DNA of 64,000 nucleotides from NCBI GenBank assembly GCA_913062675.1, contig CAJXWR010000001.1, positions 34,492-98,491 on the forward strand, read 5' to 3'. Below, piece after piece: positions 28,101 to 36,914 of this stretch. The stretch is from an uncultured Trueperaceae bacterium. GTDB lineage: Bacteria; Deinococcota; Deinococci; Deinococcales; Trueperaceae. Position numbers and translations under genes: made by a program. Numbering within the stretch: the first letter of the stretch is position 1; each line of letters opens with the position of its first letter. The notes beneath the pieces are model-generated. The model was given only the letters and a program-made list of their open reading frames with translations, was not told the origin of the DNA and did no database searches.

Positions 28101-28215
28101 TGAAGAGGGTGGCGTCGGTGGCGGAGTGCGTCTCGGTGACGGGGGCCTGATGGAGGACCCAGGGGTGGTGGGGAAAGCGCGCGTGGTTGGGGGGTCGTCG
28201 CGTGGGCTGCGGCAC
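25192..28215 (-). CDS. bifunctional glycoside hydrolase family 65 disaccharide phosphorylase / beta-phosphoglucomutase (fusion)
   Basis: 1007 aa. About 780 aa are GH65 (kojibiose/trehalose/maltose phosphorylase type; GYEGHTFWDSEIY, HITGVADVVW-like regions). The C-terminal ~223 aa (about 25195-25863) are HAD beta-PGM (VAFDLDGVITDS ... LASSSKN ... GIEDAEAGV). Confidence 0.9.
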   Translation of the reverse strand: MPQPTRRPPNHARFPHHPWVLHQAPVTETHSATDATLFTLANGYLGVRGTPEHHDAKNPSHPGTYINGVHDTHPIQYPEDAYGFARTAQTIRNLPHLTPLHLHLDGEHATPDDARVQRHERTLDLRAGTLTRRFTWTASDGARTHVTFTRVVSLTHPNRLGIRVTLEPLDRDVALTLHHTVDANVTHRRSEGDPRVGSNAMPPLEPIASEQHDDGRRILHHRIQGSGIGVTVGTDLRTPVAGATIQLPVDAEAKGMRATATLHANLAKGDAHPIDVHGVYLDTRDHAQDTLVDRATSELDAYDRDGGIDHLLTSQRAHLDAFWNQADVEIEGDPAATQSVRFALFHLQQAASRDAKANLPAKALSGEGYEGHTFWDSEIYLVPTLIHTAPHLARALLDHRIDMLDAARARARELGHAGALYPWRTIDGREASAYFPAGTAQIHIDADVVHALARYHEATDDTDILWKGGAAVASEVARFYLSVGHHGRDGAFHLHTVTGPDEYTALIDDNHYTNRMAQFALRYAANLAERLERDDPARWSNLQRDLNLQTSETDAWRTAADAMHLPTDPDLHVTPQDASFLGKPEWPWDDVPEDRYPLLLHVHPLDIYRHQVLKQADVLLAHHLLPDGVTRSQLRRDHAYYAPRTTHDSSLSPFVHAITAADLGNLSEAMEHYHHAARIDLDDLHGNTADGLHAAALAGTWLATTQAFGGFRIRDGAPTFEPRLPNGWTRLRFRIAWRRRTLEIDADREQTQYRLLQGADLTIRHRGESVTVPTGGTVTRPTRPTLRGVAFDLDGVITDSAEYHYQAWQALADELGIPFDREANEALRGVPRMASLEAILARGTHTYDLDEKQALATKKNEHYQSLIENVTPDDLLPGIPELLDALRDAGVRLALASSSKNGPVLLERLGIADRFHAIVDPGTLTLGKPDPEIFETAAAALDLPVDDCVGIEDAEAGVAAIRGAGMPSVAVGTSATLSQADVQVPDTTHLTLDVLERATLAHARRDA

Positions 28216-28428
28216 CGGGGTCTCCTGTTGCGGGTGAGGCGGAGGTATCTTCGTTCAGGCTACCGCAGCGTCGTGGGTGGAGTGGGGTCGTGCCGAAGCA
28301 TGCAACAATGCTCTGGCAATGCCACATTTTCGTTACATTTCGTCACAGTAGCCACGGGCATTTGCCCTTCCTTGAACCGCGTTCGTGATGTATGTTGCCG
28401 TCAAGTGTCGAGAAGAACGCGAGGAGAA

Positions 28429-29673
28429 GTGCGTAACACGGTGAACGGCGTCGCTCGCGACGCCTCGGGTGGCTTGTCGTCGGTGCGCCTCCACGCCTAT
28501 CGAGCCATCCTCACCATCGGCATCGTGATCATGGGCACCGTTGGCCTCGCGAACCTGTTCTTCCCGTTCTCTTCGCATGGCACGAGCTTGGCCATCATGC
28601 CGTTCGTCACGGTCGGCATCACGAGCCTTGCGCTTTGGCGCGCTCGCGAACCGGAGCGGATGGCGCGCGACGCGCCTCTCGTGGCGGTCGCAGCCCTCCT
28701 CCTCTATCTCGGTGCCCTGAGTTTGAACGGGGCCGTCTCGCTACCGTTCCTACTTGCAGGCGTCATCGTGTCGTACCTGATCATTGACGTGCGACCCGCG
28801 CGCCTTCTCACCGCCGGGTACCTCACGGCGTCCTTGGTGGGCATCGCCACGTTCGGCACCTCCCCAACGAGCTTCCGTATCGTCGCCGTGTCGATCGGCT
28901 TGATCGCCGCGCTCGACGTCGTGGCACGCGGCATCGATGAATTGACGCGACGGCTGCACCGCGACAACGCCACGCTGCACGGTGAGAACACGCGCCTCGG
29001 TGGCGCCGTTCGCGATCGCACCCGCGCACTGCTGCGCTCCCAGGATGCCCTGACGGTGGCGATGGCGTCACTCGTCGAGCGTCGCAGCAATGAACTCGCG
29101 CACCACACGTCGCGCGTGGGTCGTCAGATGCGAATCCTGGCGCACGCCTACCTTGAGCACCTCGGGCGCAACCCCGATCTCGAACGCGATTGGCTCGACG
29201 ACCTCGCGCGTGCAGCGCCGCTTCATGACATTGGCAAGATCGGTGTGCCGGACGCGATTCTCAACAAGCGCGGCACCCTCACGCCCGAGGAGTTCGTAGC
29301 GATGCAGGCCCACACCCGCATTGGTCGCGACGTGCTCGACGACGTTCTGGAGCAGGTGGGCTCCCCGGTGGGCTTCCTCGTCGCCGCCCGTGAACTCGTG
29401 TATGGACATCACGAGCGGTGGGACGGAAGCGGCTACCCCGAGGGGATCGCCGGCACCGCCATTCCCCTGTCTGCACGCCTGATGGCGGTGGTGGACGTCT
29501 ACGACGCACTGGTCCACGAACGCGTGTACAAGTCGGCCATGACCCACGAGGAAGCCTACGCGGTGATCGTGAAGGAATCGGGGACGCATTTCGATCCAGA
29601 CGTCGTGATGGCGTTCGAGGCATGCGCGGCGACGATGCAAGCGACGCTCCACGGGACCCACCACACCGCCTAG
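28429..29673 (+). CDS. HD-GYP domain protein (putative c-di-GMP phosphodiesterase) with N-terminal multi-TM sensor region
   Basis: C-terminal 414 codons of the 1160-aa ORF 26191-29673. GTG 28429 follows GAGGAG. About 5 TM helices, then HD (APLHDIGKIGV) and HHERWDGSGYP. Confidence 0.85.
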   Translation: MRNTVNGVARDASGGLSSVRLHAYRAILTIGIVIMGTVGLANLFFPFSSHGTSLAIMPFVTVGITSLALWRAREPERMARDAPLVAVAALLLYLGALSLNGAVSLPFLLAGVIVSYLIIDVRPARLLTAGYLTASLVGIATFGTSPTSFRIVAVSIGLIAALDVVARGIDELTRRLHRDNATLHGENTRLGGAVRDRTRALLRSQDALTVAMASLVERRSNELAHHTSRVGRQMRILAHAYLEHLGRNPDLERDWLDDLARAAPLHDIGKIGVPDAILNKRGTLTPEEFVAMQAHTRIGRDVLDDVLEQVGSPVGFLVAARELVYGHHERWDGSGYPEGIAGTAIPLSARLMAVVDVYDALVHERVYKSAMTHEEAYAVIVKESGTHFDPDVVMAFEACAATMQATLHGTHHTA

Positions 29674-29685
29674 GTGCGCAACGCC

Positions 29686-29714
29686 TTGCAGAACCTCCCG
29701 CGCTCCTGTACGCT
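29686..29714 (+). promoter_or_regulatory. candidate sigma-70-type promoter of copZ-csoR-copA
   Basis: TTGCAG (29686-29691), 17-nt spacer, TACGCT (29709-29714). Confidence 0.5.
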
Positions 29715-29724
29715 TATGTCACCC

Positions 29725-29740
29725 CACCCCCCGGGGGGTG
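29725..29740. promoter_or_regulatory. candidate CsoR operator (16-bp perfect GC palindrome)
   Basis: CACCCCCC|GGGGGGTG, immediately downstream of the candidate -10 and 28 nt upstream of the copZ ATG. CsoR operators in other bacteria are C/G-tract pseudo-palindromes. Confidence 0.6.
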
Positions 29741-29767
29741 CCCCAAGGGCAGGAAAGGATCATCGTC

Positions 29768-29962
29768 ATGACCCACCTCAACATCGAAGGCATGACCTGC
29801 GGACACTGCAAGAAGGCGGTCGAGGACGCGCTCGGTCGCGTGCCCGGCGTCACGAAGGTCGACGTCGACCTCGACGCCGGAAAAGCGACGGTCGAAGGCG
29901 GAGACCTGAACGCCCTCATCACCGCCGTGAGCGAAGAGGGCTACACCGCGACGCCCGCATGA
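29768..29962 (+). CDS. copZ: copper chaperone CopZ (HMA domain)
   Basis: [22 protein letters not shown]... with the MxCxxC motif. ATG 29768 follows AGGAAAGGA. Confidence 0.9.
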   Translation: MTHLNIEGMTCGHCKKAVEDALGRVPGVTKVDVDLDAGKATVEGGDLNALITAVSEEGYTATPA

Positions 29963-30294
29963 CGTCCGACGCCACCCTCCCCACCCATGCGACGGGACCG
30001 GCAGCGGGCGTCGAGCCCTGCTTGCACCTCGACCCCGCCACGCGCAACGACGCACTGCTTCGCCTGAAGACCAGCGTCGGTCACCTCAATGCCATCGTTC
30101 GCATGCTCGAGGATCCCCACGTGTACTGCATGGACGTCCTCAAGCAGGTGAAGGCGGTGCAAGGCGGCCTGAGCGCCGTGAACGCCAGCGTGCTTCGCGC
30201 CCACATTCGCGACCACGTCGCCACCGCAGCCGAGCGAGGCGACACCGAAGCCATCGTCGACGAACTCCTCGACGCGCTGAAGTACCGAACATGA
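29959..30294 (+). CDS. csoR: CsoR-family metal-sensing transcriptional repressor
   Basis: ATG overlaps the copZ stop (ATGA). DUF156/CsoR pattern [39 protein letters not shown], with the conserved Cys and His residues in family-typical positions. Confidence 0.85.
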   Translation: MTSDATLPTHATGPAAGVEPCLHLDPATRNDALLRLKTSVGHLNAIVRMLEDPHVYCMDVLKQVKAVQGGLSAVNASVLRAHIRDHVATAAERGDTEAIVDELLDALKYRT

Positions 30295-32822
30295 GCGAGA
30301 CCCACACCCTCCAGTTCGGGGTGCAGGGCATGACCTGCGCCAACTGCTCCGCGCGGGTCGAGCGCACCCTCGCCAAGACCGACGGCGTGAACGACGCCAC
30401 CGTCAACCTCGCCACCGAACGCGCCAGCGTCACCTTCGACCCCACCCTCACCGACCTCGACACGCTCCTGCAGCGCGTTCAGGATGCCGGCTACACACCC
30501 GAACGGCAAACGCTCGACCTCGACGTGCGCGGCATGACCTGCGCCAACTGCGTCGCGAGGGTCGAACGCACCCTCGAGCGCCTCCCCGGCGTGCTCGACG
30601 CGACCGCCAACCTCGCCACGGAGCGCGTCCACCTCGAATGGCTTCCAGGCAGCACGCCGTACACCGACCTGGTGGGTGCACTCAAGTCCGCGGGGTACGA
30701 CGTCGCCGAAGACGCGAGCGGTCAAAGCGCCGACGACGCGCGTCGCAACCACCACGAGCAGGAAGGCGCCCGCCTCCGCCGTGACGTCACGATCGGCGCC
30801 GCCTTCACGATCCCCCTGTTGCTGATCGCCATGGGTCCCATGATGATCCCCGGTGGCGACATGTTCGTGATGGAGCGCGTGGGCCGCTTCCCCTTCTGGC
30901 TCCTCCAACTCGCCCTCACCCTGCCCGTCATGCTCGGACCCGGCCGCCACTTCTTCCGGCCCGGCATCGCCGCGCTGCGCCACGGCAGCCCCGACATGAA
31001 CAGCCTGGTGACGATCGGTGCGTCCGCCGCCTTCGGCTATAGCCTCGTCGCCACCTTCCTACCCGGCATCCTGCCCGAGGGCACGGTGCACGTCTACTAC
31101 GAAGCATCGGCCGCGATCATCACCCTCATCCTCGTCGGACGCTGGATGGAACACCGCAGCAAGGGACGCGCAAGCGACGCAATCCGCACCCTGCTCGACC
31201 TCCAACCCGACACGGCCCGCATCGTCCAGGATGGCGAGGAACGCGAGGTGCCCTCCGCGAACGTCGTGCCCGGCGATCACGTCCTCGTCCGCCCAGGTGA
31301 ACGCATTCCCGTCGACGGCACGATCCTCCGCGGCAGCTCCTGGGTCGACGTTTCCATGCTCACCGGCGAACCGGAACCCGTCGCCGTCCGCGAGGGGGAC
31401 ACCGTCACCGGCGGAACGATCAACACGACCGGCGCGTTCACCTTCCGCGCCGACCGCGTCGGTGCGGACACCGCCCTCGCAAGGATCGTGAAGATGGTGG
31501 AGGACGCGCAGGCCGACAAGCCCCCCATCCAAGCGCTCGCCGACCGCGTGGTCGCCGTCTTCGTCCCCATCGTCCTCGCCATCGCCGCCGTCACCTTCGT
31601 CACCTGGATGCTCGTCGGTCCCGACCCGCGCCTCAACTTTGCACTCGTCGCCATGACCGCCGTCCTCCTGATTGCCTGTCCCTGTGCCATGGGTCTCGCC
31701 ACCCCCATCAGCATCATGGTCGGCAGTGGGCGTGGCGCCGAACTCGGCGTGCTGTACCGGCGTGGCGACGCCATCCAGACGCTCGCCCAGGCGAACGTCA
31801 TCGCGCTCGACAAGACCGGAACGCTCACCGAGGGCGCGCCTGCGCTCACCCACCTCGAAACCGCCGGTGACTGGACCGAAGCCACCCTGCTTCCCCTGCT
31901 CGCCGCGGCCGAGCAAACCAGCGAGCACCCCATCGCCCATGCGATTCGCAAGGCCGCGGCGGAGCAGGGAACGGCAGAAATGCACGTCGAAGCGTTCGAA
32001 GCCGTCCCCGGAAACGGCGTCCGCGCCACCGTCGACGGTCACGCCGTGCTCGTCGGCACCGCCCGCTGGCTCGATGGCGAGGGCATCGACGTCAACGCCC
32101 TCACGCCGCGCGCCGACACGCTCGCAGACGAGGGGCACACCACGCTCTTCCTCGCCGTCGACGGCGCCCTTGCCGGCCTCGCAGCCGTGGCCGACCCCAT
32201 CAAGCGCGGTTCGGCCGCCGCCGTGGAAGCGCTCAAGGCGCAGGGCCGCCACGTCGTCATGATCAGCGGTGACACCGAACGCACCGCACGCGCCGTCGCA
32301 CGCCAACTCGGCATCGACGAGGTGCACGCCGGCGTCCTCCCCGGCGGGAAGGTCGACGTCGTCGAACGCCTGCAAGCCAACGGTTCACGCGTGGCGTTCG
32401 TGGGGGACGGGGTAAACGATGCACCCGCGCTTGCCACCGCCAACGTGGGCGTCGCCATCGGTACGGGCACCGACGTCGCCATCGAAGCCGGCGACGTGGT
32501 CCTCATGTCGGGCGACCTGCGGGGCGTCGTGAACGCCATCACCGTGTCCCGCCGAACGCTCAACAACATTCGCCAGAACCTCTTCTGGGCCTTCGCCTAC
32601 AACACGGTGCTCATCCCCGTCGCCGCCGGCGTCCTTTACCCCTGGCTCGGCGTCCTGCTCTCCCCCATGCTCGCCGCCGCCGCCATGGGTCTCAGCGACG
32701 TGTTCGTCGTCGGCAATGCCCTCCGCCTGCGCCGCGTGCAAGCCACGATCGAGGCCGACACGACCCACCACGGGAACCCGGTCGGCATGCCAGGCTCCCC
32801 GTCTCCCATGGCCGCCACCTGA
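30291..32822 (+). CDS. copA: copper-translocating P1B-type ATPase
   Basis: 843 aa with two N-terminal HMA domains (GMTCANC twice), the TM CPC motif ([11 protein letters not shown]), DKTGTLT and [10 protein letters not shown]. Confidence 0.95.
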   Translation: MSETHTLQFGVQGMTCANCSARVERTLAKTDGVNDATVNLATERASVTFDPTLTDLDTLLQRVQDAGYTPERQTLDLDVRGMTCANCVARVERTLERLPGVLDATANLATERVHLEWLPGSTPYTDLVGALKSAGYDVAEDASGQSADDARRNHHEQEGARLRRDVTIGAAFTIPLLLIAMGPMMIPGGDMFVMERVGRFPFWLLQLALTLPVMLGPGRHFFRPGIAALRHGSPDMNSLVTIGASAAFGYSLVATFLPGILPEGTVHVYYEASAAIITLILVGRWMEHRSKGRASDAIRTLLDLQPDTARIVQDGEEREVPSANVVPGDHVLVRPGERIPVDGTILRGSSWVDVSMLTGEPEPVAVREGDTVTGGTINTTGAFTFRADRVGADTALARIVKMVEDAQADKPPIQALADRVVAVFVPIVLAIAAVTFVTWMLVGPDPRLNFALVAMTAVLLIACPCAMGLATPISIMVGSGRGAELGVLYRRGDAIQTLAQANVIALDKTGTLTEGAPALTHLETAGDWTEATLLPLLAAAEQTSEHPIAHAIRKAAAEQGTAEMHVEAFEAVPGNGVRATVDGHAVLVGTARWLDGEGIDVNALTPRADTLADEGHTTLFLAVDGALAGLAAVADPIKRGSAAAVEALKAQGRHVVMISGDTERTARAVARQLGIDEVHAGVLPGGKVDVVERLQANGSRVAFVGDGVNDAPALATANVGVAIGTGTDVAIEAGDVVLMSGDLRGVVNAITVSRRTLNNIRQNLFWAFAYNTVLIPVAAGVLYPWLGVLLSPMLAAAAMGLSDVFVVGNALRLRRVQATIEADTTHHGNPVGMPGSPSPMAAT

Positions 32823-32840
32823 CGACCCTCGCTCGAGCGG

Positions 32841-33155
32841 CTACGAGTGCAACGCTTCAGCCGCACCCTCACCGCCTTCGAACGCCTGGACGAGTTCCGC
32901 GAACACGTCCCCGAGTTCGAAGGCGGTGTCCTCCTCAATCGCCCAGCCCTCCTGCAACGTGTCGAAGATCTGCAGCGCTTCGAGACGAATGCGGTCGACG
33001 TCGAAAGCGTCCTCCTCCAGATCGAAGCAATCATCGTCGGCCACGGCAATCACCGCGAGCACCGTTTCATCCGACGTCCATGCATGCAGCATGGTCCACG
33101 TCGAACCCTCGTAGCGTTCCTCGAGCAGCGCCTCGGCAGCTTCGGGAATGTTCAT
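32841..33155 (-). CDS. small strongly acidic hypothetical protein
   Basis: 104 aa from ATG 33155 (GGAGGTGGAC precedes it). The sequence is Asp/Glu-rich (MNIPEAAEALLEERYEGSTW ... DDDCFDLEEDAFDVD ...). No recognised family. Confidence 0.5.
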   Translation of the reverse strand: MNIPEAAEALLEERYEGSTWTMLHAWTSDETVLAVIAVADDDCFDLEEDAFDVDRIRLEALQIFDTLQEGWAIEEDTAFELGDVFAELVQAFEGGEGAAEALHS

Positions 33156-33286
33156 GTCCACCTCCAGGCCGCAATGTACGCCGAACGGCAACGACGATGC
33201 GCGGCTCGTGCGGACTGCAATCCCCAACTTCGCACACCGTGTTGCACGGTCTGCAACGACGAAAGCGACGGAAACCGGACCATGCA

Positions 33287-36079
33287 ATGATGACGTTCAT
33301 GCCAAGCCACGCCTCGTCGCAGGGCGATGATCAAGCACGTACCGTACACGTCGTCCCGCACACCCATTGGGACCGCGAATGGTACCTCCCGTTCGAGACC
33401 TTTCAACTTCGCCTCGGTGACGTCGCCGAAGCCATCGTCGACCTTCTCGAACGTGACCCCTCACGCTACCCGTCCTTCACGCTCGACGGCCAGGCCATCC
33501 TCCTCGAAGACATCGTCGACCTCCGTCCCGACCTGCGCGACCGCATCGAACGACACGTGCGTGACGGTCGCCTCCGGATCGGGCCCTGGTACGTGCTCAG
33601 CGACGAGTTCCTCACCAGCCCAGAAGCGCTCGTGAAGAACATGGAGCTCGGCATGCGCGCATGCCAAGCGTACGGGGGCGCAATGCAGGTCGCCTACACC
33701 CCCGACTCGTTCGGCCACATCGCCCACATGCCCACGATCATCCGTGGCTTCGGCCTCGACGCCATCGTGTTCCAACGAGGCGTCGGTGACGAGGGAGAAC
33801 GACTGGGAAGCGAGTTCACCTGGCGGAGTCCCGACGGCGCAAGCGACGTTCTCGCCGTACATCTCGTCGGAACGTACTCCCCCATCGTGTCAATAGGTCA
33901 CGATGACCAGTCCTACTGCGATCCGCTCGACCTCGATCAGGCAGCCACGCACCTCCAGGCCATTCTCTACGGCAATGGTGCGAGCAACATTCCCGAGGCG
34001 TGGCTTCGCAGCAACATCGAGCGCGTCGGAGGCATCGCCGCCTACGCGAACGGTCCCCACCTGCTGCTGCTCAACGGGTCGGACCACCTGTTTCCCCAAC
34101 CGACCCTGCCCGACGTCCTCGATGATGCGCGCCGTCGCCACCCACATCTCACCTTTCTCCACACCGACATCGAGCACTACGTTGAAGCCGTCCGCGAAGA
34201 CCACGACACGTCACGCGTCCATCAGGACGAGTTTCGAGGGAGCCGGTACTACCACGTCCTGTCCGGCGTCTGGTCAGCACGCATGCCGCTCAAGACGACG
34301 AATCACGCGGTCGAAACGCTGCTCGAGCGCTACGCGGGGCCCTTACTTGGCCTTTCCCTCCTCGAGAGAGGTCCGGATGACCGGCACGCACTCGACGAAG
34401 CCTGGCGCACCCTGCTGCGCAACCACCCCCACGACTCGATCTGTGGGTGCTCCATCGATCCCGTCGCGGACGCCATGATGGCGCGCTTCGCTCGGGCGGA
34501 ACGCCTCGCGCACGGCCTCGTGCAACGCGCCGTGACGCACCTCGCGCCTCAACGGGCCGAACGCACCTGGACGGTGTTCACGCCCACCCCCGATGCATCA
34601 TGGGGCACGGTGGCGTTGACGTTCGACGCCCCACGAGGCTCACGCGACGCCCTGCGCGCCTACGACACCGAAGGTCACGCGCTCCCGATGCAGGTCCACG
34701 TCGACGAAACCACCGCGCCTGGCGACGCGCGCGTGCAGGTGGAACGGGTGTCCATGCGCGTCGCCACACCGCTCACGCCCATGGGTCTTTCCAACCTGAC
34801 CATCGCTGTGGAAGAGGTGGATGCGGGTGCGGCACCCGAACCCACGGACCCGGTGCACACGCTTCGGTATGAGGACGGTTCGATCGTCCTTCGCAACGCG
34901 GCACTGGAACTCCAGGTGCATCGCGACGGCACGCTCCTGCTCATCGACCGAGCCGAAGGCCTCCGCCATGCCATGCACCTGTGCTTCGAAGACCAGGCGG
35001 ACGCAGGGGACAGCTACGACTACTCTCCCGTTCGCGGTGCCGACGTGAGGATGTCGACCCTACGCGACGCACCCAGGCTCGACCTCGATGGGCCGCTGCG
35101 GGCAAGCGTGAGCCTCCGGCACCATCTCGAACTCCCAGAGCGCCTCTCCGAGGACCGCTGCAGTTTTGAGGGCGCCTCCACGATTGAGGCCAAGCTCACG
35201 CTGCATCTCGATGCGTTTGCCGACACGATTCTCCTGGACGTCGAGGTCGACAATTCAGCACACGATCATCGGCTCCGCCTATGGCTCGATAACGACCTCG
35301 TGACCCACACGATCTTGCGCGATACGCACTGGGCAACCCTGCGCAGTCCGATCGATCCTCCCGAAGGCAAAGGTTGGCATCAGGTGCCCACCCGCACCCA
35401 TCCCATCCGCCGCTTCGCAGCCATCGAGGACGAGGAACGCACCCTCGCCTTGGTGACGCGCGGACTCCCCGAATTCGAGGGTGTGCGCACGCCACGCGGC
35501 ACCGCGCTGGCCGTCACGCTCCTCCGGTCGATCGGCTGGCTATCGCGCGATGACCTTGCGAGCCGCCCACAAGAGGCGGGACCCGCCCTCGAGGCTCCAG
35601 GAGCGCAGCAACTCGGCCCCTTCGAAACGCGACTCGCCATCGCACCGTCACGCGCCGGCGACACCGCCCGATTGACGATGCAGGCGGACCGCTGCATCGC
35701 GCCTCCAATGGCCATACCCGCCGATGCCGCCTGCGCTGGCATCGACATGGCCGCCCCCAACGTGATGGCACGCCCTGCACGTGGCTGGACGCTCACGCCA
35801 CCCCTCACCCTGTCGACGATCACGCCCACCCAACTCGATGGGCCTCTCGACGACGAAGCCACGGTCATCGTGCGCATCTACAACGCAGGCAGGGACACCA
35901 CCGAAGGCATCCTCCGTGCACCCAGCTCGATTCGCCGATGCCGCATCGTTCGCCTCGACCAGACCCCCATCCAGGAACACGCGTTCGAAGGAACCGACGT
36001 TCCCATCGCATTGCCACATGCCGGCGTCCTCACGCTCGCGATCGAACTTTCTGACGACGTCTCGCCCACGATCGGATGA
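33287..36079 (+). CDS. glycoside hydrolase family 38 alpha-mannosidase (cytoplasmic type)
   Basis: N-terminal GH38 signature VHVVPHTHWDREWY, then GPWYVLSDEFL and YTPDSFGH. About 930 aa, no signal peptide. ATG 33287 or 33299. Confidence 0.9.
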   Translation: MMTFMPSHASSQGDDQARTVHVVPHTHWDREWYLPFETFQLRLGDVAEAIVDLLERDPSRYPSFTLDGQAILLEDIVDLRPDLRDRIERHVRDGRLRIGPWYVLSDEFLTSPEALVKNMELGMRACQAYGGAMQVAYTPDSFGHIAHMPTIIRGFGLDAIVFQRGVGDEGERLGSEFTWRSPDGASDVLAVHLVGTYSPIVSIGHDDQSYCDPLDLDQAATHLQAILYGNGASNIPEAWLRSNIERVGGIAAYANGPHLLLLNGSDHLFPQPTLPDVLDDARRRHPHLTFLHTDIEHYVEAVREDHDTSRVHQDEFRGSRYYHVLSGVWSARMPLKTTNHAVETLLERYAGPLLGLSLLERGPDDRHALDEAWRTLLRNHPHDSICGCSIDPVADAMMARFARAERLAHGLVQRAVTHLAPQRAERTWTVFTPTPDASWGTVALTFDAPRGSRDALRAYDTEGHALPMQVHVDETTAPGDARVQVERVSMRVATPLTPMGLSNLTIAVEEVDAGAAPEPTDPVHTLRYEDGSIVLRNAALELQVHRDGTLLLIDRAEGLRHAMHLCFEDQADAGDSYDYSPVRGADVRMSTLRDAPRLDLDGPLRASVSLRHHLELPERLSEDRCSFEGASTIEAKLTLHLDAFADTILLDVEVDNSAHDHRLRLWLDNDLVTHTILRDTHWATLRSPIDPPEGKGWHQVPTRTHPIRRFAAIEDEERTLALVTRGLPEFEGVRTPRGTALAVTLLRSIGWLSRDDLASRPQEAGPALEAPGAQQLGPFETRLAIAPSRAGDTARLTMQADRCIAPPMAIPADAACAGIDMAAPNVMARPARGWTLTPPLTLSTITPTQLDGPLDDEATVIVRIYNAGRDTTEGILRAPSSIRRCRIVRLDQTPIQEHAFEGTDVPIALPHAGVLTLAIELSDDVSPTIG

Positions 36080-36143
36080 CCCGACCAACCGACGCTCCAC
36101 GTCACTTCCACGCCATGCTGCGAGGCCCTCAAGGAGGATGCCC

Positions 36144-36914
36144 ATGAACGATGCCGTTCCACAAGCGTTCGCCCATCGCGACGACGAGAATGAACGACCC
36201 TTGCTCGACGCCCTCGAAGTCGGTGTTCGGCACATCGAGTTCGACGTGTGGCACCTGTTCGGGCAGCTGCTCGTCGCGCACGACCCACAAGACCTTCGGC
36301 CACGACGCACCGTCCCACGCCTCTATCTCGATCCCCTCGTCGACGCCTACGACTCGGGTCGCCTCGCCGCCACGGATGCGACATGGCTGTACGTGGACGT
36401 GAAGACGCGCGCCATGCCTGCCTACCAGGCCGTCGAGCGACTCGCCGAGCGCTATGGTCCATGGATTGCGCGTCCCGGGAAGCCCCAGAACGGCTCGCCC
36501 ATCCACCTCGTATTGACCGGCAACCGTCCACCCTATGCAACCCTCGACGAAGAGCGGTCTGGCTGGTGCCACTATGATGGTCGCCTCCCACACCTCGCCA
36601 AAGCCCGCAACCGAGACACCATGCCCATCGTGTCCGATGACTGGGGCAAGTTCACGCGCTGGCGTGGCGCAGGCGCGATGCCGGAGCAGGACCGGCGAAA
36701 GCTCCGCGATGCCGTTGCTGCCGCCCATTCAGAAGGGCAACTCCTCCGTTTCTGGGCAACCCCAGAAACGCCAGGACCCGAAAGAACGACGGTTTGGACG
36801 ACCCTACTCGACGAGGGGGTCGACCTCATCAACACCGACGATCTCGTGGGGCTGACGCGCTTCCTTCGCGAACGTCAGGCAGACGCACCCACGAGTTCGA
36901 GTTCCTCGGCGTGA
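36144..36914 (+). CDS. PI-PLC-like / GDPD-superfamily phosphodiesterase (AIM6-like, PLC-like TIM barrel)
   Basis: AFAHRDDENERPLLDALEVGVRHIEFDVWHLFGQLLVAHD resembles the AHNDYEHxRPL...EADVW...LLVxHD N-terminus of that family. AAGGAGG lies 6 nt before ATG 36144. Confidence 0.65.
   Translation: MNDAVPQAFAHRDDENERPLLDALEVGVRHIEFDVWHLFGQLLVAHDPQDLRPRRTVPRLYLDPLVDAYDSGRLAATDATWLYVDVKTRAMPAYQAVERLAERYGPWIARPGKPQNGSPIHLVLTGNRPPYATLDEERSGWCHYDGRLPHLAKARNRDTMPIVSDDWGKFTRWRGAGAMPEQDRRKLRDAVAAAHSEGQLLRFWATPETPGPERTTVWTTLLDEGVDLINTDDLVGLTRFLRERQADAPTSSSSSA

Noticed and set aside
26191-28428. N-terminal 746 codons of the 1160-aa plus-strand ORF 26191-29673
   Set aside because: This is a mirror ORF antisense to the well-supported GH65 gene. 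It is Gly/Val/Ala/Glu-rich with no motifs. Only the part from GTG 28429 (the HD-GYP protein) is credible.
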